Virus record (IMG/VR): IMGVR_UViG_3300035698_020241
Span: 62,241-126,240 of that record
Origin: a virus
Reading direction: 5' to 3' (one strand)
Length of the DNA stretch: 64,000 bases
Part shown: positions 44,140-54,041 of the stretch, piece after piece
How positions within the stretch are numbered: the first letter of the stretch is position 1
Layout: the number at the start of each line of letters is the position of its first letter
Made by a program: the position numbers and the translations under genes
The notes under the pieces: model-generated
What the model was told of the DNA's origin: nothing
What the model saw: the letters and a program-made list of their open reading frames with translations, nothing else
Database searches by the model: none

Positions 44140-44638
44140 AGGAGATAAAATGTTTGAGATTTTTTGTGATATGGACGGAGTGTTATGTGATTTATGTAAA
44201 GGTGCTGTCAAAATACATCCTAATATAAATGAGATTTATGAACAGAGTCATAGTGATGCATGGATATTACTTTTAACAAAAGGTGTAAAATTCTGGAGAG
44301 ATTTAGAATGGAATCCAGGTGGTAAAGAACTTTGGAGTTATATTGTTAAATATAACCCAAGAATACTTTCTGCTGGAGCTAAGAATTTTCCCACAACAAT
44401 TCCTGATGAAGGTAAAAGACAATGGTTACGAAAAAATGTTGGTGAGAATTTTGCCACTACAGCGATCATTGTTAATGGTGCTATATTTAAACAAAGATAT
44501 TCTGGTAAAAACAAAATACTTATTGATGATGTTATAAGAAATATTAATCAGTGGGAAGAAAAAGGTGGTATAGGAATACATCATACCAATACAAGAAAAA
44601 CACTGGAGATTTTATATGGACATATTAAAGAAAATTAA
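44120..44638 (+). CDS. HAD-family 5'(3')-deoxyribonucleotidase-like protein
   Basis: FCDMDGVLCD...ILSA...K...ILIDD. Confidence 0.85.
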   Translation: MHGIECKGDKMFEIFCDMDGVLCDLCKGAVKIHPNINEIYEQSHSDAWILLLTKGVKFWRDLEWNPGGKELWSYIVKYNPRILSAGAKNFPTTIPDEGKRQWLRKNVGENFATTAIIVNGAIFKQRYSGKNKILIDDVIRNINQWEEKGGIGIHHTNTRKTLEILYGHIKEN

Positions 44639-44855
44639 TAACCTCTTAGTAGAAAAGAGCACTCTTTTCAAAAGAAATTTTAAGAAGGTAGGACCTGCTT
44701 GGATTGAAAACAAAATGAGTAAAGTCGTAAAAATAAAAAAGATTGGAGATATATGGGAAGGCTATCATAAAGGAAAACATGTTCTTAATTATGATAGTGA
44801 TGATTATGTTTTATATTCAAATATGTCCATGATACAATTAGAGGACCTTAAATAA
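44616..44855 (+). CDS. Hypothetical protein
   Basis: MDILKKINNLLVE start. Confidence 0.6.
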   Translation: MDILKKINNLLVEKSTLFKRNFKKVGPAWIENKMSKVVKIKKIGDIWEGYHKGKHVLNYDSDDYVLYSNMSMIQLEDLK

Positions 44856-45517
44856 TGAAATTCAAAAAGTTTTTAAATGAGGCCACACTTGAAAAAATAG
44901 AAGAAGCTGCAAAAATGATTGCAAGAGATTGTAAGCCTTATCTTAAAGAGAATACTATTGTAAAAACTTCCGTAGGATATATTTTTAAAAGTAACGGAAC
45001 ACTTTATAGAGGATGTAAGGGTAAAGTTGATGTATTTAAAAAGATAACACCTCGTAGTAATAGAATACCTGTGGATATTACAGTAGATATACATAAAAGA
45101 CTTGATGTGTTATTTAAAGAAAAGTTTGGATGGAAAGTTAGAAGTGAAGGTGTATTTACAACTGGAAGTAAATTTGTCGCTGGTTGTTATGGTGGTGATG
45201 ATGGTGGATATATTGTATTTCCTATAGGAAAATACAAATTTGTATGGAGTCCTAAAGTATATGATATGTGGGACACATTAAGATATACATATAATCTTAC
45301 TGCTGGTGAGTCAGGAGGTAAAAAGCAAAGTCTTTATACAATAGGACTCACAACTCATGAAAAAATTTTAAAGGATATTGTAAATTCATTTATAGATAAA
45401 AATTTAGAAAAAGGAATAGAATCAGGAAATGAAATAACATTAAAAGTAGGATCATATTATTTAGTTGAACATATTAATATGGGTGCAATTTTACAGGAAT
45501 TAGGTAAATTGATATGA
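44855..45517 (+). CDS. Head-tagged protein, paralog of 42584-43432
   Basis: MKFKKFLNE start; LYRG...FGWKVRSEGVF...FPIGKYKFVWSP. Confidence 0.7.
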   Translation: MKFKKFLNEATLEKIEEAAKMIARDCKPYLKENTIVKTSVGYIFKSNGTLYRGCKGKVDVFKKITPRSNRIPVDITVDIHKRLDVLFKEKFGWKVRSEGVFTTGSKFVAGCYGGDDGGYIVFPIGKYKFVWSPKVYDMWDTLRYTYNLTAGESGGKKQSLYTIGLTTHEKILKDIVNSFIDKNLEKGIESGNEITLKVGSYYLVEHINMGAILQELGKLI

Positions 45518-46923
45518 GACTAACTCAATATATAAATGAAGAAAAAGAAATGCTTAAACAATGGAAACAATATATAGTGCGTAACAAAATGCTATTTAAC
45601 GCGGTTAAGATTCTTGATAATATAAACAAGAAAGGATATTCTGCGTATGTGGTCGGCGGATCAGTGCGTGATATTATACTTGGTGTAAATCCACATGATG
45701 TTGATATAGCTACAAACATGCCAATAAAAGAACTAGAGAAATTATATAGAGTTCATGATATAGGTAAATCTAAAGATTTTGGAATAGTTACCATAAAACA
45801 AGGAGGATTTAATTATGAAATTGCGCAGTTTAGGACCGATGGATTATATAAAGATGGTAGGAGACCTGATAAAGTGCGAATCGCCGTTTCATTTGAGGAT
45901 GATGCTTCTCGCCGCGATTTTACTATTAATGCTATGGCGATTGACTCAAAAGGTAACATCTTGGATTTCTTTAATGGTAGAAAAGATATTAAGAATAAAA
46001 CACTCAAAACTGTGGGTGATCCTACGAAACGCTTTAAAGAAGATCATTTAAGAATGATGAGAGCTGCAAGGTTCTCATCTAAGTTAGACCTCAAAGTAGA
46101 TAAGGCTACAGAAAAAGCAGCACAAAAACTTTCAAGTAATATACAAAAATTGTCACCAGAAAGATTGCGTGACGAACTAATGAAGTCTGCGGCTCAAAGT
46201 GGAGATAGATTTGCCACATATATCAGAATACTTGATAATTTCAAAATTCTAAAATATGTATTACCAGAACTTATACAACTTAAATATATGAAACACCAAT
46301 TAAAACATCACCCGGAGGGACCCACCGTATGGGATCATGTAATGGCTGCACTTGAGGTTAGTCAAACAAAAGATCCTATAAAAAATTTGGCAATAATTTT
46401 ACATGATATAGGTAAGGGTATATCTTTAACATACAAAGACGGATTGCCAAAATATCTTGGTCATGCTCATGCTGGTATCAGTATGGTCAATGCAATTGCT
46501 GATAGACTTAAATTTTCAAAGAAAGATAGACTGGCGCTTACATTTGCAATTAGTAATCATATGAAAATGCACGATGTTTTAAAGATGAAACCAAGTAAGA
46601 TCGCAAAATTAGTAAACGATGAAAATTGGGATGTATTAGTTGCCGTTGCTCATGCAGATGAGTATTCAAGAGGTGAGACATTCATGCATGCTGGTCAATT
46701 TGAAAAAATTATTGATAAGTGTATTAAAATCAAAGAAAAATATGGTATTAGGGATGTTGAAAAGAAATTAAAATTAGTGGATGGTCATCACGCAATGACA
46801 ATAACTGGATTGAAATCTGGTAAAAAACTTGGTGATATTATAAGGAAAACTACAACTTGGATAATAGATCAAGATATAGAAAAACAAGAAGAAATTGATA
46901 AATATATGAAGAAATTGGTTTAA
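45514..46923 (+). CDS. cca: CCA-adding tRNA nucleotidyltransferase with HD domain (head-tagged)
   Basis: YVVGGSVRD...DVDIAT...RRDFTINAMA...EDHLRMMRAARF...HHPEG...LHDIGK. Confidence 0.9.
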   Translation: MRLTQYINEEKEMLKQWKQYIVRNKMLFNAVKILDNINKKGYSAYVVGGSVRDIILGVNPHDVDIATNMPIKELEKLYRVHDIGKSKDFGIVTIKQGGFNYEIAQFRTDGLYKDGRRPDKVRIAVSFEDDASRRDFTINAMAIDSKGNILDFFNGRKDIKNKTLKTVGDPTKRFKEDHLRMMRAARFSSKLDLKVDKATEKAAQKLSSNIQKLSPERLRDELMKSAAQSGDRFATYIRILDNFKILKYVLPELIQLKYMKHQLKHHPEGPTVWDHVMAALEVSQTKDPIKNLAIILHDIGKGISLTYKDGLPKYLGHAHAGISMVNAIADRLKFSKKDRLALTFAISNHMKMHDVLKMKPSKIAKLVNDENWDVLVAVAHADEYSRGETFMHAGQFEKIIDKCIKIKEKYGIRDVEKKLKLVDGHHAMTITGLKSGKKLGDIIRKTTTWIIDQDIEKQEEIDKYMKKLV

Positions 46924-46934
46924 TAGGAGAAATA

Positions 46935-47135
46935 ATGAATACAGTAACAACTACATATACTAATAGTAAAGGAGTGTCAGGTAATGTAACAATAGTTGAT
47001 ATAAGCGTAAGCGGCAGAGATACTTATGTAACATATATTGATGCATCTGGAGATTTACAAAGGGATACATTAACAATGACACCAGCATCCGCAGGTTTCC
47101 CATTTCAAATAGGCTCTAGTGCCATAGCAACATAG
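46935..47135 (+). CDS. Small Thr/Ser-rich beta protein
   Basis: ORF with GGAG RBS. Confidence 0.55.
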   Translation: MNTVTTTYTNSKGVSGNVTIVDISVSGRDTYVTYIDASGDLQRDTLTMTPASAGFPFQIGSSAIAT

Positions 47136-47143
47136 GAGAATTT

Positions 47144-47425
47144 ATGAAATTAAAAAAATACTTAATAGAATCCAAGATAGCAGGATCAGAAAGGAAAAAG
47201 TTAATTGAAATTTTTAAGAGTAAACCAAAAAAGGCCACCTTTTACTTCAAAAACTTTGGTCCAATGGATATACGATCATCAAAAGGTGTTACGATTTTTA
47301 CATATGATACAGCTGAATATAATTTGACAATGGAATTAATTAATCTTGTGGATTCTTTAGATGAATTTGAATTTGAAACAAAAATTAAAGGTAATGAAAT
47401 AAAATTTCGGGTAATTCCAGTTTAG
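47144..47425 (+). CDS. Head-tagged hypothetical protein
   Basis: MKLKKYLIE start. Confidence 0.65.
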   Translation: MKLKKYLIESKIAGSERKKLIEIFKSKPKKATFYFKNFGPMDIRSSKGVTIFTYDTAEYNLTMELINLVDSLDEFEFETKIKGNEIKFRVIPV

Positions 47426-47466
47426 ATGAAAGGGGTTAAGCCCCTTTATTCTACAAATCTTCTCTC

Positions 47467-48927
47467 CTAATTTATATCCGAAAAAAGTGGATTGTTTTCT
47501 ATTTTAGATCCTTCTTCAAAAAGATACTCATCAACTCTAAATTTCTCAGCATCATAATGTCTCAATCTTAAATTTCCATGTTTATGGAAAAATCTTATAT
47601 GGTCGTGTATATCAAATATAACGGCTCCATTCATCTTATCAGTATGTTTTCTCAATGCTCTACCCACTGATTGTAATACTCTTACTTTACTTTTGAAAGG
47701 TGATGCCAATAAGATATACTTTAAATTAGGAATATTAATTCCTTGTTGAAAGATTCCGTAAGTGGCTATGAGTATAATATTTTTCTTCTTAGTACATTTT
47801 TTTCTCCAACCCTCTCTTACTTCCACATCATCCCGTCCAGATATGAATCCTATATCTTTCCCCGCTATATATTCATTTAGATAATCCTCAAGATACTCTC
47901 CTTCTTTTTCAACTTTACCGGTCAAAACAAGAATATTATGATCTAGATTTTCAACTAAACTTCCTATAAGTTTTAACCTGTAATCTTTCTTGAACATATC
48001 ATCTTTGACTTCATCGTAAGTGCCTTCCCATTCCTCCTGACCATATTCAACATTTAACATTTTCACATTACACTTAGAGATATAGCCTTGTTCAGCTAAA
48101 AATCCACTCGAATATTCTCTCATTATAGGACCAAGATAGGACTTAACATTCCAATCATCTAATTTACCACCTGGCATTGTACCTGTAAATCCTAATCTAT
48201 ATTCTGCCGTATCTGATTTAGAAAGGATTTTCTTTAACTCATGTGCTTTGGCGCCGTGGACTTCATCAACTATTATAGCATTATATTCAGGCACCTTTTT
48301 GAGGTTTTTTGCTAATGTTTGCCATGTTGAAATAACAACTTGTTTATCCCATTCTTTCTTTTTTGAATACACACGGCCTATGAATAGTTTATCCATACCA
48401 TATTCCATCATATCGTCATAAAACTGTGATACTAATTGAACACTTGGAACTATTATAATTACTTTATTTGTACTATCTTCAATCAAAGTTTTTACAATAT
48501 ATGATATAACAAGACTTTTACCAGATGCGGTAGCCGATCTTATTATCCCTTTAGAAGTTTTCAATGCCGCTTTTATACAATCTTCCTGATATGGATAAGG
48601 ATAATGTTTTAAATTATATACAGGTTTTAAACCTTTATTATTAAACATCTTCTTTACTTCGGGGTCTATTGATAGTTTTGTTCTTGGACACTTTCTCTTA
48701 TGAATTTTTATAAGATCGAATAGTAATCCATAAGGTAAGGTATAATTAGTTTTATGCATCATACATATTTGTCCGTTCCAACCACCTGATTTATATGCTG
48801 GCATAAATCTAAACCCATCCACATATGCAGTAAACTCATCCTTCATAAGTTTTACATAATCTTCATCCTCTGTTACTATCTGTATACTCATTGGAGAGTA
48901 TAATTTTATTGTTACATCGTTTCCCAT
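47467..48927 (-). CDS. uvsW: UvsW-like SF2 DNA helicase
   Basis: ATASGKS, DEVH, GFTGT, QQGINIP, QSVGRALR. Confidence 0.9.
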   Translation of the reverse strand: MGNDVTIKLYSPMSIQIVTEDEDYVKLMKDEFTAYVDGFRFMPAYKSGGWNGQICMMHKTNYTLPYGLLFDLIKIHKRKCPRTKLSIDPEVKKMFNNKGLKPVYNLKHYPYPYQEDCIKAALKTSKGIIRSATASGKSLVISYIVKTLIEDSTNKVIIIVPSVQLVSQFYDDMMEYGMDKLFIGRVYSKKKEWDKQVVISTWQTLAKNLKKVPEYNAIIVDEVHGAKAHELKKILSKSDTAEYRLGFTGTMPGGKLDDWNVKSYLGPIMREYSSGFLAEQGYISKCNVKMLNVEYGQEEWEGTYDEVKDDMFKKDYRLKLIGSLVENLDHNILVLTGKVEKEGEYLEDYLNEYIAGKDIGFISGRDDVEVREGWRKKCTKKKNIILIATYGIFQQGINIPNLKYILLASPFKSKVRVLQSVGRALRKHTDKMNGAVIFDIHDHIRFFHKHGNLRLRHYDAEKFRVDEYLFEEGSKIENNPLFSDIN

Positions 48928-48941
48928 TTTACCTTCCCACT

Positions 48942-50156
48942 TTACTTTCTTGGTATATCCTTTAAAGCATTATTTATATCTTTAGTTAAATCACCTATAT
49001 TTTCAATACCTACAGATAATCTAACAAGGCCATCATTTATTCCTGCTTTTTTTCTTTCTTCGGGTGTATATGTACTATGTGTCATACTTGCTGGGTGTTG
49101 TGCTAACGACTCAACATCACCGAGACTTATAGTTCTTGTTATTAAGTTCAAACCATCAAGAAATCTTTTACCGCCTTTGATACCACCGTTAACTTCAAAT
49201 GCTACCATAGCTCCAGGTTTTTTCATTTGACGATTAAATTTCTCTATGCCTATTTGATTTTCAAGTCCTGGATAATAAACTTTTTTTATTCTATCATCTC
49301 CATCAAGCATTTTTGAAATATATTCTGCGGACCCACACTGTCTATCCATTCTAACGGCTAATGTTTTTAAACCTCTTAATATTAACCAAGCATTATATGG
49401 ACTCATTATAGGACCCATATGAAAACAAAATTCTTTTATTTTTTTTATATATGGATTTTTACCAGCTATAATACCTGCGATCAAATCACCATGACCATTT
49501 AAATATTTAGTTGCAGAGTGAACAACTACACTTGCTCCTAATTCTAAAGGTTTTTGTAAATATGGTGTCGCAAATGTATTATCAACTACTAATGGTATAT
49601 TATTAAACTGTGCAATATCTGCTAACATTTTTATATCAAGTATTGATAATATAGGATTAGCAGGTGTTTCAACATATATAAATTTTGTTTTATCATCAAT
49701 ATTTTTTTCTACAATCTTTCTATCATTACACTTTTCAGCACTCAAAAATTTAGCATGTATATTAAATCTTTTTACTTCATTTGTAAAGTAAGCATATGTT
49801 CCTCCATATACTGTTGAACATGCAATAAAATTATCATCTGGATTTGCTAATGTCATTACTACAGATGAAATTGCTGACATACCTGAACTTGTAGCAATAG
49901 CATCATCACCTCTTTCAAGGTCTGCCATTTTCCTTTGTAATTGATCTATCGTGGGATTATTAGCCCTAGTATATAAGAATGACTCTCCTACTGGCTCTCC
50001 TTTAAACAACTTAGAACCATCATCGGCTGTATCAAATCTATATATACTTGTCATATGACATGGAGCAACATGATCTTTAGTAGGATAATCATATTTAACT
50101 CCGTGTACTACCTCAGTCTCATCACTATACTTTCTCATCATAACCTCCTTTTTCAT
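48942..50156 (-). CDS. PLP-dependent methionine gamma-lyase / cystathionine gamma-lyase-family enzyme
   Basis: YTRANNPT, SSGMSAI, ETPANP, VDNTFATP, HSATKYLNGHGD, LGDVESL..HPASMTH. Confidence 0.92.
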   Translation of the reverse strand: MKKEVMMRKYSDETEVVHGVKYDYPTKDHVAPCHMTSIYRFDTADDGSKLFKGEPVGESFLYTRANNPTIDQLQRKMADLERGDDAIATSSGMSAISSVVMTLANPDDNFIACSTVYGGTYAYFTNEVKRFNIHAKFLSAEKCNDRKIVEKNIDDKTKFIYVETPANPILSILDIKMLADIAQFNNIPLVVDNTFATPYLQKPLELGASVVVHSATKYLNGHGDLIAGIIAGKNPYIKKIKEFCFHMGPIMSPYNAWLILRGLKTLAVRMDRQCGSAEYISKMLDGDDRIKKVYYPGLENQIGIEKFNRQMKKPGAMVAFEVNGGIKGGKRFLDGLNLITRTISLGDVESLAQHPASMTHSTYTPEERKKAGINDGLVRLSVGIENIGDLTKDINNALKDIPRK

Positions 50157-50408
50157 TCATAACTGCTTTTAATCTTCTATAAACAAGCTCCGAACTTATG
50201 TATCCAAGTACAAGTCTTAAAACTAAAAATATTAAGGCTGTAAATATTTCACTCTTCCCAAGAAACAAACCACAAAGAAAAAGTAATATATCACCACCTC
50301 TACCTGTTACTTGTAAAATTCTTTGATAATATTTTGAACTTTTCAATTATAACACCCTCACTTCGTAATACCCACAACCAGGTATCTTTTTCCATATTTT
50401 TTATACCT

Positions 50409-51175
50409 TTAAAAGAAATATTCTATTTTTTCTTCCTTTTTAAGTTTTTCCTTTATTCGTTTCTCAGACATTTTAAAATATTTCTCAATCTTTTCAATTA
50501 AAATAAATTTTCTATTTAAATTTTGGCATGCAACGCCTGTTGTTCCACTACCAGCACAAAAATCTAAAACTATTTCACCTTCATTAGTATATGTTTTTAT
50601 AAAATACTCCATTAAAGCTACTGGTTTTTGAGTAGGGTGAACGCTGTCTTGTCTTCTTCCTGTTGAAACTTTTTGTATATTCTTGGGATTTTTTAAATCT
50701 TTATCAAAAAATTTTGGATTATCAACAATCTTAACATTATCAGATTTTCTATTAGAATTATCAACTATATATTTAAATCTTTTTTTTCCGCTACCCTCTC
50801 TCGGTTCCATAATCTTGTTATAACGGCATTGTTTTTTATAAAAAATTGAAATATTTTCAGAATAACGCATAGGTTGCTTATTTGATAATTGAGGATTAGA
50901 AGGTTTATCCTTCTCCCAGATCCAATCATATTTATAATTTTTTATATTTGAAATTCTTAAAAAACTACTAAATGGCTCAACTCCAAACAAAGCAATAGCG
51001 CCATTATCTTTTATAATCCTTTCCAATTGCTCCCACATTGGTTCAATTGGTATAACACTATCCCACTTATGAGCCGTTTTTCCATATGGTGGATCTGTTA
51101 AAACTAAATCAATAGATTTATCAGGAATATCTTTCATTTTCTCTAAGCAGTCGCCATGTATTAAATTTATCATTA
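50409..51175 (-). CDS. DNA methyltransferase (N4-C/N6-A, beta class)
   Basis: GDCLE, TDPPY, HPTQKP, DFCAGSGTTG. Confidence 0.92.
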
Positions 51176-51586
51176 CATCCTCATACTTTCGTAAAACCCC
51201 TTCATACGCCATCCTTGACTCTCCATTCCTTTTACACACATTTCAAAAAATTTCACTCTGATATCCTGTCTTCGTAATATCCTTTTCATTTTCAAAACTT
51301 TTTTATCAGCCGGTAGACAATATTTTTCAATTTCAACTTTTGTCCATTCTTCTGGAGCATTGAATCGGTAATATTTATATTGTTGACCTGTCAATTTTTC
51401 CATCAAAGTTTCCAATCTTTGATATTCCATCTGTTCTCTAATCAATAAGTCCCTATATTTGACAACCATAAAAGTATTGTCCTTTTGCTTTTCGGCCATA
51501 TCCAAATCCGAAAATTTCACTTCTTCCTCAATCGGATACTTCACAAGCAGGTCATCAAGTATTTTATTTTCATCTTGTTTATTCAT
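51173..51586 (-). CDS. UvsY-like recombination mediator
   Basis: Helical 137 aa, AD....K...FFE..VKGMESQGWRMK tail; near uvsW. Confidence 0.65.
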   Translation of the reverse strand: MNKQDENKILDDLLVKYPIEEEVKFSDLDMAEKQKDNTFMVVKYRDLLIREQMEYQRLETLMEKLTGQQYKYYRFNAPEEWTKVEIEKYCLPADKKVLKMKRILRRQDIRVKFFEMCVKGMESQGWRMKGFYESMRM

Positions 51587-51711
51587 AATAACTTAATATT
51601 CTCCCATTATTAATTATAACATATTTAAAATTTTTGTAAACTACATTTACTTTTTTACTTTAATGATGTATAATAAATGTATGGATAAAAAAAAATGAAG
51701 GGAGAACAAGA

Positions 51712-52080
51712 ATGGCGTTAAATGAATCCGTAGTCGTCCGAAGAGGTAAAGAGTGGCTTGTTGGTAGTATAAATAAAAACACATTTGTTGAATCGGGTCG
51801 AATAAAGAGATTAAAAGATGTAAAACATGTGGTGGATTATATAAGCCTCTCACAATATCTCAAAAGAGAAGATATGCCAATGACACTTGAGAAAACGATA
51901 CTCAAGGAAACAGAACTTAGTAAAATTTACATACTTTCAAAACCTATCAATCCCACAGCCGCAGAGTTTGAACAATATTGGTGGAAGGGTCACAATAGGA
52001 AATGTAAAAAATGTGTAATGAAATGCAAACAAAGTTCAAAGACAGAGGTGTATTATTGTAATCAGTTTAAGGCAAAGTAA
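51712..52080 (+). CDS. Hypothetical protein with C-terminal CxxCxxxC motif
   Basis: ORF. Confidence 0.65.
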   Translation: MALNESVVVRRGKEWLVGSINKNTFVESGRIKRLKDVKHVVDYISLSQYLKREDMPMTLEKTILKETELSKIYILSKPINPTAAEFEQYWWKGHNRKCKKCVMKCKQSSKTEVYYCNQFKAK

Positions 52081-52227
52081 CCATGAAAAAATTTAGAAAA
52101 GAAATTGACTATGCACTTATAGATACCTTTTTAAGAAAATGTGGATCAAATTTAGTTGGTAAATCAATTGAGGAAATAGTTATTAGTTTTGTATCCTATT
52201 TAGAGGAGATAACTGTAGAGGATATTA

Positions 52228-53625
52228 ATGGAGAGGCTTGACAGCGAGTATGTTGAAAAATTAATCACCAAAGCTATGCTTTGTGATAAGAATTTTCTGG
52301 TTCTTATATCAGGCGTATTTGAAAAGGAATATTTTAATGATACGGCGGTAAGTACCATATTTGATTTTTCTAAAAACCATATGGAGGAATATAAAACTAT
52401 ACCTCCACGAGACGCAATAGTACATTCCATACAAGACGAATCTATACAAAAAGATGTTGAGGATTTATTTGTAGATATTGATTCTATAGAGTTTAATATA
52501 TCTTCAAATTATGATTATCTCTTAAAGGAAACCAATGAATATTTAAAAGAACAGGCAATAAAAAAGGCTATTGTAGAATCTGTTGATATTGTTGATAATC
52601 GTGATCAACGAGAACAGATAAGAGAAAAAATTGAGTCAGCATTATGTAAGGATATAAAGGTCGATCTTGGACTTAGTTATTTTGAAGACCTAGGAACAAG
52701 ACTAACGAGAATTTTTACCGCATCTGATTATCGTGTGCCTACATACTTCCCAAAATTTGATGAATATATAAATGGCGGTTTTCCACCATTCACACTTTCT
52801 GTAATCGTTGCCAGGATACATGGGATGAAAAGTAATACAATGGCTAACATGGCAATGAGACAGGTATTAAATGGTCATAATGTTGCCCTTTTATCTCTTG
52901 AAATGGCACAAGATGCATTTGCACAAAGATTTGATTCCATGTACTCAAAGATGGATATAAATAGAATGTATTTTGGAGATACTAACAAAAGAAATTTGAT
53001 GACCAAATTGAAAGTTGTTAAAGAACAAGAAGGTCGAGGTGAATTATTCATAAAACAATTCCCAACTGGTGGAGCATCAGTAAGGGATTTTAGAACTTAT
53101 CTGAGGGAATTGATAATTAGAGGTACAAAGATAAGTATAATTTATGTTGATTATATTAATCTTATGAAGGCCGCCTCTGATGTCAATGGCGGTAACATGT
53201 ATCAATCAGTAAAAATGATAGCAGAAGAATTAAGAGCTTTATCATTTGAGTTTGAAGTTCCTGTTGTGTCTGTTAGCCAATTAAATCGTGAAGGATCATT
53301 TGTTGGTTTTGAACAACTTGATTTCACATACATCGCAGAGAGTATGGGTCTACCAGCAACATCTGATTTTATGGGTATATATGGTGTAGATGAAGATGCA
53401 ATGGTTTATCAAAATGAAGTTCATTACAAGATTGTAAAGAACAGACTTGGTGGACAAGTAGGTGCGATAGATAAACTATACTATGATGCAAGAACATTAG
53501 CCATGTATGACTCAACTGAAATGGATTTATGGTTAGCTGATTCTCAAATCACAGGTGATAGTAGAGATGCCGCTGAACCAAGAGAGAGAAATGATAATGA
53601 TAATAGAAGAGGCGGCAGAAGATAA
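52228..53625 (+). CDS. Replicative DnaB-family helicase (gp41-like)
   Basis: LSLEM, KQFPTG, YVDYINL, ELRAL...VSQLNR, ESMGLPATSD, KNR. Confidence 0.92.
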   Translation: MERLDSEYVEKLITKAMLCDKNFLVLISGVFEKEYFNDTAVSTIFDFSKNHMEEYKTIPPRDAIVHSIQDESIQKDVEDLFVDIDSIEFNISSNYDYLLKETNEYLKEQAIKKAIVESVDIVDNRDQREQIREKIESALCKDIKVDLGLSYFEDLGTRLTRIFTASDYRVPTYFPKFDEYINGGFPPFTLSVIVARIHGMKSNTMANMAMRQVLNGHNVALLSLEMAQDAFAQRFDSMYSKMDINRMYFGDTNKRNLMTKLKVVKEQEGRGELFIKQFPTGGASVRDFRTYLRELIIRGTKISIIYVDYINLMKAASDVNGGNMYQSVKMIAEELRALSFEFEVPVVSVSQLNREGSFVGFEQLDFTYIAESMGLPATSDFMGIYGVDEDAMVYQNEVHYKIVKNRLGGQVGAIDKLYYDARTLAMYDSTEMDLWLADSQITGDSRDAAEPRERNDNDNRRGGRR

Positions 53626-53834
53626 TGAGAAGGGGAGAAAAACATATATTATGTGAAAAGTGTGGAAAGGCAGGAGTATATAGTAAAAAACATGACGCTA
53701 TGTTCTGTAAAAATTGTAATATATGGTTACAAAAGAGTTGTGGATCCAACTATTGTGATTTATGTAATACCAGACCAGAAAGGCCTATAGATGAAATAGA
53801 AATTATGATTGATGGTTTATTGGAGAAATTATAA
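53625..53834 (+). CDS. Small Cys-rich protein
   Basis: CEKC...FCKNCNIWLQKSC...C..C..RPERP. Confidence 0.7.
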   Translation: MRRGEKHILCEKCGKAGVYSKKHDAMFCKNCNIWLQKSCGSNYCDLCNTRPERPIDEIEIMIDGLLEKL

Positions 53835-54040
53835 TGAGTAGACAAAAAGATATGGTATGTAGAAAGTGTGGAAAACAAGGAGCATATAGTAAAGAATATG
53901 ACTCTATGTTCTGCAGAAAGTGTAATACATAGTTACAAACCACCTGTAGTGCTGTGGATTGTTTATGGTGTCGTACCAGACCAGAAAGACCTATAGCTGA
54001 AATAGAAAATATGTTTGATAATTTATTAGAGGAGTTATAA
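53834..54040 (+). pseudogene. Tandem paralog of 53625-53834 with an in-frame TAG at 53930-53932
   Basis: MSRQKDMVCRKCG...FCRKCNT*LQTTC...RPERPIAEIE; the TAG aligns with Trp in the paralog. Confidence 0.75.
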
Positions 54041-54041
54041 T

